From contig CBDCGL010000011.1 in assembly GCA_965216755.1 (NCBI GenBank), positions 192,001 to 256,000 on the forward strand: DNA of 64,000 bases. The letters are read 5' to 3'. Below the pieces are notes generated by a model, which worked only from the letters and a program-made list of their open reading frames with translations, searched no databases and was not told the origin of the DNA. Made by a program: the position numbers and the translations under genes. Positions 58,504-64,000 of the stretch are shown here, piece by piece (position 1 is the stretch's first letter; each line of letters opens with the position of its first letter). The stretch comes from Alphaproteobacteria bacterium. GTDB taxonomy: Bacteria > Pseudomonadota > Alphaproteobacteria > UBA7887.

Positions 58504-59504
58504 CAATTGAAATCAAGACGCTGAGCCTGGAACCTCGGCGTCAGACTTATTCGCATATTGCACGCCGCTTTGGCAGCGACCGCCCGGCGTCGCGCTACGA
58601 AGAAGGTGTGCTCGATGTCCAGGCCACCGACCATTTTCACTATCGGCCCTTGTGGGCGCCGGAGTATGAGATTTTCGACGCACGCCGTACCGCGATCGAG
58701 ATGGCGGACTGGTACGAATTGCGCGATCCGCGCCAGCTGTATTACGCCACCTACTGCATTGCGCGTTCCGGACTCAACCAAGTCACTGAACAGAATTTCG
58801 CGTTTATCGAAAAACGCGACATGCTTGCCAGTATTGACAGCACTTGGTTGTCAACGGCCCAGGAATACCTCGTGCCGCTCCGCCACTACGAGTGGGGCGC
58901 GAACATGAACAGCAGCTTGATCGCCGATTGGGGATACGGCACTGCGCTTACGGCGGCGGCGATTTTCAGCGCCGGCGACCGTTTGGGCATGGCACAGATC
59001 CTGGGTCGTGTCGGTTTGGCCATCGACGGCAACAGCGGAACCTCACTCGACCAAGCGAAAGAAGCCTGGCTCACGGGCGCGCAGTGGCAGAAGCTGCGCC
59101 AATTGGTCGAAGACAGTTTCGTGGTGCAGGATTGGTTCGAGACGTTCGTTGCACAAAACCTGGCGATGGATGGCATCGTCCACCCGCTCGTCTTTGGCGT
59201 GTTTGACCGCACCGGGCAGGCTCATGGCGGAGCCGCCTTGTCGATGGTTTGCGAATTCATGCCGACCTGGTACGCCGACCAGTCGCGATGGGTCGATGCC
59301 GTTATCAAGCGCGCAGCCGCGGAATCGGCAGATAACAAATCCGCTTTGGAAAGCTGGTTGCAAACCTGGAGCGAACGCGCGATCGAGGCCGCGCAGCCGT
59401 TGGCACGACACGTGCTCGGCCAAGCCGGCGACGATGCAGTCTTTGGCCTTCGCGCCGATCTCAATGCCCGTGCCCAAAAACTGGGCTTGGATATCGGCTC
59501 GTAA
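58500..59504 (+). CDS. dmpL: Phenol hydroxylase P1 (beta) subunit
   Basis: MTIEIKT..LEPRRQTY, FHYRPLW, LRDPRQLYY, PLRHYEWGANMN. Confidence 0.93.
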   Translation: MTIEIKTLSLEPRRQTYSHIARRFGSDRPASRYEEGVLDVQATDHFHYRPLWAPEYEIFDARRTAIEMADWYELRDPRQLYYATYCIARSGLNQVTEQNFAFIEKRDMLASIDSTWLSTAQEYLVPLRHYEWGANMNSSLIADWGYGTALTAAAIFSAGDRLGMAQILGRVGLAIDGNSGTSLDQAKEAWLTGAQWQKLRQLVEDSFVVQDWFETFVAQNLAMDGIVHPLVFGVFDRTGQAHGGAALSMVCEFMPTWYADQSRWVDAVIKRAAAESADNKSALESWLQTWSERAIEAAQPLARHVLGQAGDDAVFGLRADLNARAQKLGLDIGS

Positions 59505-59510
59505 AGGAGA

Positions 59511-59786
59511 GTGACGATGGCACGCAATGTATCCATTACGCTGCAAAACACGTCGGATGCCAGGCCAATTATCGAGGCCATCACGGAAGATAACCCGACG
59601 GCGGAAGTCAACAATTTTCCGGCGATGGTCAAGATCGACTGTCCGGCACGATTGGTGGTCCGGCGCGACAGCGTTGAGAACAAGATTGGTCGAGAATGGG
59701 ACCTGCAGGAGTTGCATCTCAGCCTGATCTCGCTGGCTGGCAATATCGACGAGGACGACGACGAGTTCGTCCTTGCTTGGAACTAG
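59511..59786 (+). CDS. dmpM: Phenol hydroxylase P2 regulatory subunit (MmoB/DmpM)
   Basis: ARPIIEAI..DNP, PAMVKID, LISLAGNIDEDDDEF. Confidence 0.93.
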   Translation: MTMARNVSITLQNTSDARPIIEAITEDNPTAEVNNFPAMVKIDCPARLVVRRDSVENKIGREWDLQELHLSLISLAGNIDEDDDEFVLAWN

Positions 59787-59801
59787 AGAAGGAGAGGCGC
59801 A

Positions 59802-61319
59802 ATGAGCACTCCTAAGAAACTGGGCCTCAAAAAGCGTTACGCGCTGATGACACGCGGCCTCGGTTGGGACACCACCTATCAACCGATGGATAAGGTGTTT
59901 CCCTACGACAAATTCGAAGGCATCAAGATCCATGATTGGGAGGCCTGGGAAGATCCGTTCCGGCTGACCATGGACGCATATTGGAAGTTCCAAGCCGAAA
60001 AGGAACGCAAGCTATACGCGGTAATCGACAGCTTTGCCCAGAACAACGGCCAGCTCGGGCTGACCGATGCCCGATACATCAACGCGGTCAAGCTATTCAT
60101 CACGGGCGTATCGCCATTGGAATACCAGGCGCATCGGCACTTCGCCCATATCGGGCGGCATCTCCGAGGTGTCGGGCCACGGATCGCGGGCCAAATGCAA
60201 TCGCTTGATGAATTGCGACATGCCCAAACGCAGATCCACACAATAAGTCACTACAACAAGTATTTCGACGGGATGCATGATTTCCGCCATATGCATGACC
60301 GCGTTTGGTACCTGTCGGTGCCAAAGTCGTTCTTTGACGATGCGGTCACCGCGGGCCCGTTTGAATTCATGACCTCGATTTCGTTTGCGTTCGAATATGT
60401 GCTGACCAACTTACTGTTTGTGCCGTTCATGTCCGGCGCGGCCTATAATGGTGACCTGGCCACCGTAACATTTGGTTTTTCGGCACAGTCCGATGAATCG
60501 CGCCACATGACGCTTGGTCTTGAGGTGATCAAGTTCATGCTTGAGCAGGACGAGGGCAATGTGCCGATCGTCCAGCGTTGGATCGACAAGTGGTTCTGGC
60601 GCGGCTACCGCCTGTTGTCGCTGGTCGGCATGATGATGGACTACATGCTGCCAAAGAAGATCATGTCTTGGTCAGAGGCCTGGGAGATGTATTTCGAGGA
60701 AGCCGGCGGCGCCCTGTTCGAAGATTTGGCACGCTATGGCATCCGTCCGCCGAAATATGCTGATGTGGCAAACAAAGAGAAATCTCGCATCTCGCATGAA
60801 GTCTGGGCAATCTTCTATCAATACACCCATGCAGCCGCGTTCCACACGTGGGACATCGATGACGAGCACAAGAATTGGCTGTCGGAGAAGTATCCGGAAA
60901 CGTTTGATCGCCACTATCGACCACGGCTCGACATGTGGGCGGATATGTCCAAACAGGGTCAACGTTACTACAACAACGCACTACCGCAATTGTGCACGAC
61001 CTGTCAGATCCCGATGGGCTTTACCGAACCCGACGATCCAACCACGATCTGCTTCCGGTCCAGCGAGTATAACGGTGACCGTTATCATTTCTGCTCGGAT
61101 GGCTGCAAGGACATATTCGACAATGAGCCGGAAAAATATGTCCAGTCTTGGTTGCCGGTGCATCAAATATTTCAAGGTAATTGTGGCGGTGCCGAGATCG
61201 GTGACGTCCTGAATTGGTACCACCTGAATCTTGGTACGGACAACATGGCCTACGAGGGTTCGCCGGAGCAAGAAATGTGGTCCCGGTGGGTCCGCGATCG
61301 GCAGAAGGTGGCCAGCTAA
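59802..61319 (+). CDS. dmpN: Phenol hydroxylase P3 (alpha, di-iron) subunit
   Basis: WEDPFRLTMDAYWK; two EXXH motifs (DELRH, DESRH); YHS-like HFCSDGC; WLPVHQI. Confidence 0.97.
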   Translation: MSTPKKLGLKKRYALMTRGLGWDTTYQPMDKVFPYDKFEGIKIHDWEAWEDPFRLTMDAYWKFQAEKERKLYAVIDSFAQNNGQLGLTDARYINAVKLFITGVSPLEYQAHRHFAHIGRHLRGVGPRIAGQMQSLDELRHAQTQIHTISHYNKYFDGMHDFRHMHDRVWYLSVPKSFFDDAVTAGPFEFMTSISFAFEYVLTNLLFVPFMSGAAYNGDLATVTFGFSAQSDESRHMTLGLEVIKFMLEQDEGNVPIVQRWIDKWFWRGYRLLSLVGMMMDYMLPKKIMSWSEAWEMYFEEAGGALFEDLARYGIRPPKYADVANKEKSRISHEVWAIFYQYTHAAAFHTWDIDDEHKNWLSEKYPETFDRHYRPRLDMWADMSKQGQRYYNNALPQLCTTCQIPMGFTEPDDPTTICFRSSEYNGDRYHFCSDGCKDIFDNEPEKYVQSWLPVHQIFQGNCGGAEIGDVLNWYHLNLGTDNMAYEGSPEQEMWSRWVRDRQKVAS

Positions 61320-61334
61320 CGGCATTGAATAATC

Positions 61335-61363
61335 GGGCGGCGCAAGTGACGTTCGCGCCGCCC
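61335..61363 (+). other. Intercistronic GC stem-loop between dmpN and dmpO
   Basis: GGGCGGCGC-N11-GCGCCGCCC, with no U-tract. Confidence 0.45.
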
Positions 61364-61385
61364 CGGATCACCAGGGAGGGTCGAT

Positions 61386-61748
61386 ATGGCCGTCGTTGCA
61401 CTTCAAGAAAACTACAAGGGTGAAGTCCGAGACAGAATTGAGAACTTCCACGGGAATCAACTCGTCTATTTCCATTGGGAAGATCACCTTATGTTTTGCG
61501 CTGCCCTGGCATTTCCATTTCCACCCGATATGCCATTTGGCGCAGTGACTGGTGAGGTTTTGCCAACATTCTACGGACTGCATCCGGATTGGGACAACGT
61601 GGATTGGGCGATCGTCCGCTGGACTGTGGACGGCGCGCCCTTCACGCCGGATCCTAAGAAGAGCCTCAAAGATAACGGGATTTCGCACAAATCACTGCTG
61701 CGGTTTTGGACGCCTGGTTTAGAGGGCTACCAAGGCAGCAAGAGTTAG
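61386..61748 (+). CDS. dmpO: Phenol hydroxylase P4 (gamma) subunit
   Basis: ENFHGNQL..WEDHLMFC, PPDMPFG, HPDW, HKSLLRFWTPGL. Confidence 0.93.
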   Translation: MAVVALQENYKGEVRDRIENFHGNQLVYFHWEDHLMFCAALAFPFPPDMPFGAVTGEVLPTFYGLHPDWDNVDWAIVRWTVDGAPFTPDPKKSLKDNGISHKSLLRFWTPGLEGYQGSKS

Positions 61749-61786
61749 CGGCCCATACCGGCCATCGCGATGACTGAGGTGTGGCA

Positions 61787-62848
61787 ATGCATAGTCTGAC
61801 AATAGAGCCAATTGGCGAGACGGTCGATGTTGCCGATGGTCAGAGCATTCTCGATGCCTGCTTGCGTGCGGGTGTGTGGCTGCCGCACGCGTGTTGCCAC
61901 GGACTTTGTGGCACGTGCAAGGTCGAGATATTGGACGGCGAGGTTGACCATCGCGATGCGTCGTCCTTTGCATTGATGGATTTCGAGCGCGACGAAGGCA
62001 AAACATTGGCGTGCTGCGGGACATTGGCGTCTGATGCTACGATTGAGGCTGAAATAGACGAGGATCCCGACGCCCAGTATTTTTCGGTACGGGATCATAG
62101 CGCCGCCGTCATTGCCTACGAAGACGTGACACCGGATGTGCGCGTGATACGATTACGGGTTGATGGCGACGGCGTGGCGTTTCAACCGGGGCAGTACATA
62201 AACCTTGAAGTCCCGGGTACCGACAAGCCGCGCGCATTTTCGATGGCGCAATCGCCTGGCGAACAAAACCGTATCGAGCTACATATCCGGCGTGTTGAAG
62301 GGGGCCAAGCCACGGGCTGGTTGCACAGCCACATTCAACTGGGGCAGAAGCTGTCTTTCTCAGGGCCGTATGGGCGCTTCTTCGTACGCAAATCCAAGGA
62401 GAAGCCGCTGTTGTTTCTCGCCGGCGGTTCAGGTCTGTCGTCACCAAAGTCCATGATACTGGATCTTCTCGAACAGGGCTGCACACAACCGATCACGCTG
62501 ATCCACGGCGTGCGGGGCCGGAAAGATCTTTATTGTGGGGCGTTGTTTGAGCGTTTGGCCCGAGAGCATGACAATCTTCGTTATGTGGCGGCGCTGTCTG
62601 CCCCGGATCCGAGCGACGACTGGTCCGGGGAGACCGGTTTTGTGCATGACGTTGCCGCCCGGCTCTTTGATGGCAAGTTCGCCGGCAGCGTCGCTTATCT
62701 ATGTGGCCCACCGCCGATGATCGAAGCGTGTATTCGCACATTGATGAAAGGTCGGCTTTTTGAGCGTGACATCTTCACAGAGAAGTTTGTCACCCTTGGC
62801 GACGGCGACGCGGCATTGGCACGCAGTCCGCTATTCAAACGCATATGA
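61787..62848 (+). CDS. dmpP: Phenol hydroxylase P5 NADH reductase ([2Fe-2S]/FAD)
   Basis: CCHGLCGTCK, FQPGQY, RAFSMA, AGGSGLSSPKSM, YLCGPPPM, SPLFKRI. Confidence 0.95.
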   Translation: MHSLTIEPIGETVDVADGQSILDACLRAGVWLPHACCHGLCGTCKVEILDGEVDHRDASSFALMDFERDEGKTLACCGTLASDATIEAEIDEDPDAQYFSVRDHSAAVIAYEDVTPDVRVIRLRVDGDGVAFQPGQYINLEVPGTDKPRAFSMAQSPGEQNRIELHIRRVEGGQATGWLHSHIQLGQKLSFSGPYGRFFVRKSKEKPLLFLAGGSGLSSPKSMILDLLEQGCTQPITLIHGVRGRKDLYCGALFERLAREHDNLRYVAALSAPDPSDDWSGETGFVHDVAARLFDGKFAGSVAYLCGPPPMIEACIRTLMKGRLFERDIFTEKFVTLGDGDAALARSPLFKRI

Positions 62849-62858
62849 GCGCCGCGCG

Positions 62859-63200
62859 ATGACGGAAGTGGCATACATTATAACCATTGCAGGGCAAGAC
62901 GGGGCATTTGCCTGTCCAACCACCGAGCGTGTTCTTCTGGCCATGGAGCGAAGTGGCCGCAAGATGATCCCGGTTGGCTGCCGAGGTGGTGGCTGCGGAT
63001 TTTGCAAAGTGCGCGTGTTGGGTGGGCGTTATCACACGGGCCGCATGAGCAGTGCGCATATCAGTGAATCTGAGCAAGCTACAGGATATGCCCTGGCTTG
63101 TCGTATCTACCCGGAAAGCGATCTGTTGTTGCAGGTTATCGGGCCTAAACCAAGACAGGGCTGGCGGGTGCGCAATGCAGCGGCCAATGCCGCCCCATGA
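62859..63200 (+). CDS. dmpQ: XylT/DmpQ-type [2Fe-2S] ferredoxin
   Basis: VGCRGGGCGFCKV, MSSAHI, LACRIYP; lies directly before the catechol dioxygenase. Confidence 0.9.
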   Translation: MTEVAYIITIAGQDGAFACPTTERVLLAMERSGRKMIPVGCRGGGCGFCKVRVLGGRYHTGRMSSAHISESEQATGYALACRIYPESDLLLQVIGPKPRQGWRVRNAAANAAP

Positions 63201-63224
63201 CATTGATGGAAGGAGCGCAGTGAA

Positions 63225-64000
63225 ATGGCAATTACCGGAGTCCTACGGCCTGGGTTCGTACAAATTCGCGTCCTCGATATGGAAGAGGCCAAGAATCATT
63301 ACTGCCAGATTATGGGTCTTAAGGAGGTGAGCACGGGGGCCGACGGTCGCGTCTATCTTCGCGCGTCGGATGAATTCGATCGGCACAGCATCGTTCTCCG
63401 CGAGGCCGATGCGGCCGGTATGGATGTCATGGCATTCAAGGTTGCGCGAGATGCGGACCTCGACGATTTTTCGGCGCGCATTCGTGATTGGGGTGTCAGT
63501 GTCGATCAAGTGGAAGCCGGCGAACAACCTGGCGTCGGGCGGCGAATCGGTTTTGCAATTCCGAGCGGGCACCGCATCGAGCTTTATGCATCTATGGAAC
63601 AATCGCCAAATTGCCCACAAACGACCAATCCAGAAGTTTGGCAAGACCCGCCCGCCGGTATGAAGATCAACCGCTTCGACCACTGCCTCCTCTACGGACC
63701 AAATATTCCCGAAGTCACACGCTTTTTCGAAGAGGCGTTGGACTTTGCCTTGGCTGAGAAAGTCGACACGCCGGATGGCACGATCGCGGTTTGGCTCACA
63801 TGCTCAAACAAGGCGCATGACGTAGCGTTCGTCAATCATGAGGAACCAAATAAATTCCACCACGCCGCATTCATGCTGGAAGATTGGAACGACATCGGCT
63901 ATGCCGCGGACATCATGGCGCGCTACGACGTGTCGATCGACATCGGCCCGACCAGGCATGGCATCACGCGCGGTCAGACGATCTACTATTTCGATCCGTC
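63225..64000 (+). CDS. xylE: Catechol 2,3-dioxygenase (3' truncated by window end)
   Basis: Not in the ORF track. Manual translation MAITGVLRPGFVQIRVLDM...RFDHCLLYG...KAHDVAF...FHHAAF...GPTRHGITRGQTIYYFDP. Confidence 0.95.
   Translation, partial: MAITGVLRPGFVQIRVLDMEEAKNHYCQIMGLKEVSTGADGRVYLRASDEFDRHSIVLREADAAGMDVMAFKVARDADLDDFSARIRDWGVSVDQVEAGEQPGVGRRIGFAIPSGHRIELYASMEQSPNCPQTTNPEVWQDPPAGMKINRFDHCLLYGPNIPEVTRFFEEALDFALAEKVDTPDGTIAVWLTCSNKAHDVAFVNHEEPNKFHHAAFMLEDWNDIGYAADIMARYDVSIDIGPTRHGITRGQTIYYFDP

Noticed and set aside
59043-59993. 316-aa minus-strand ORF
   Set aside because: Antisense to dmpL, dmpM and dmpN.

Overview
A gene-dense 64-kb bacterial window of moderately high GC, probably proteobacterial; the intergenic repeat types hint at Alphaproteobacteria (inference). 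It has five blocks. (1) 1-14.6 kb: a surface-polysaccharide locus (sulfotransferase, GMC oxidoreductase, two NAD-dependent epimerases, two GT4s, a GT-C membrane transferase, Wzx flippase, deacetylase), interrupted by a secreted beta-helix gene lying between IS5 and IS1380 remnants. (2) 14.7-21.7 kb: a five-gene VTC polyphosphate-polymerase / DUF4956 / TPR / CotH-kinase-beta-helix / variant metallophosphoesterase operon of unknown function; this is the best candidate for an undescribed system. (3) 23-38 kb: a CoA-dependent C5-dicarboxylate-type cluster (CitE lyase, two MaoC, PrpD, acyl-CoA dehydrogenase, family III CoA transferase, Mct-like isomerase) that also contains a 2-oxoacid dehydrogenase complex. 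(4) 38-52 kb: hydantoinase A/B, racemase and amidase, divergent from two tandem non-canonical YrdC/TsaC paralogues and a His-motif unknown protein, then assorted catabolic genes and a nested MITE-like element. (5) 52-64 kb: a Tat-signal intradiol dioxygenase, a catabolic reductive dehalogenase, a GntR regulator and a complete multicomponent phenol hydroxylase plus ferredoxin and catechol 2,3-dioxygenase (truncated by the window end). I saw no rRNA, tRNA or CRISPR array. All family calls come from recognising motifs by eye; no database searches were run.
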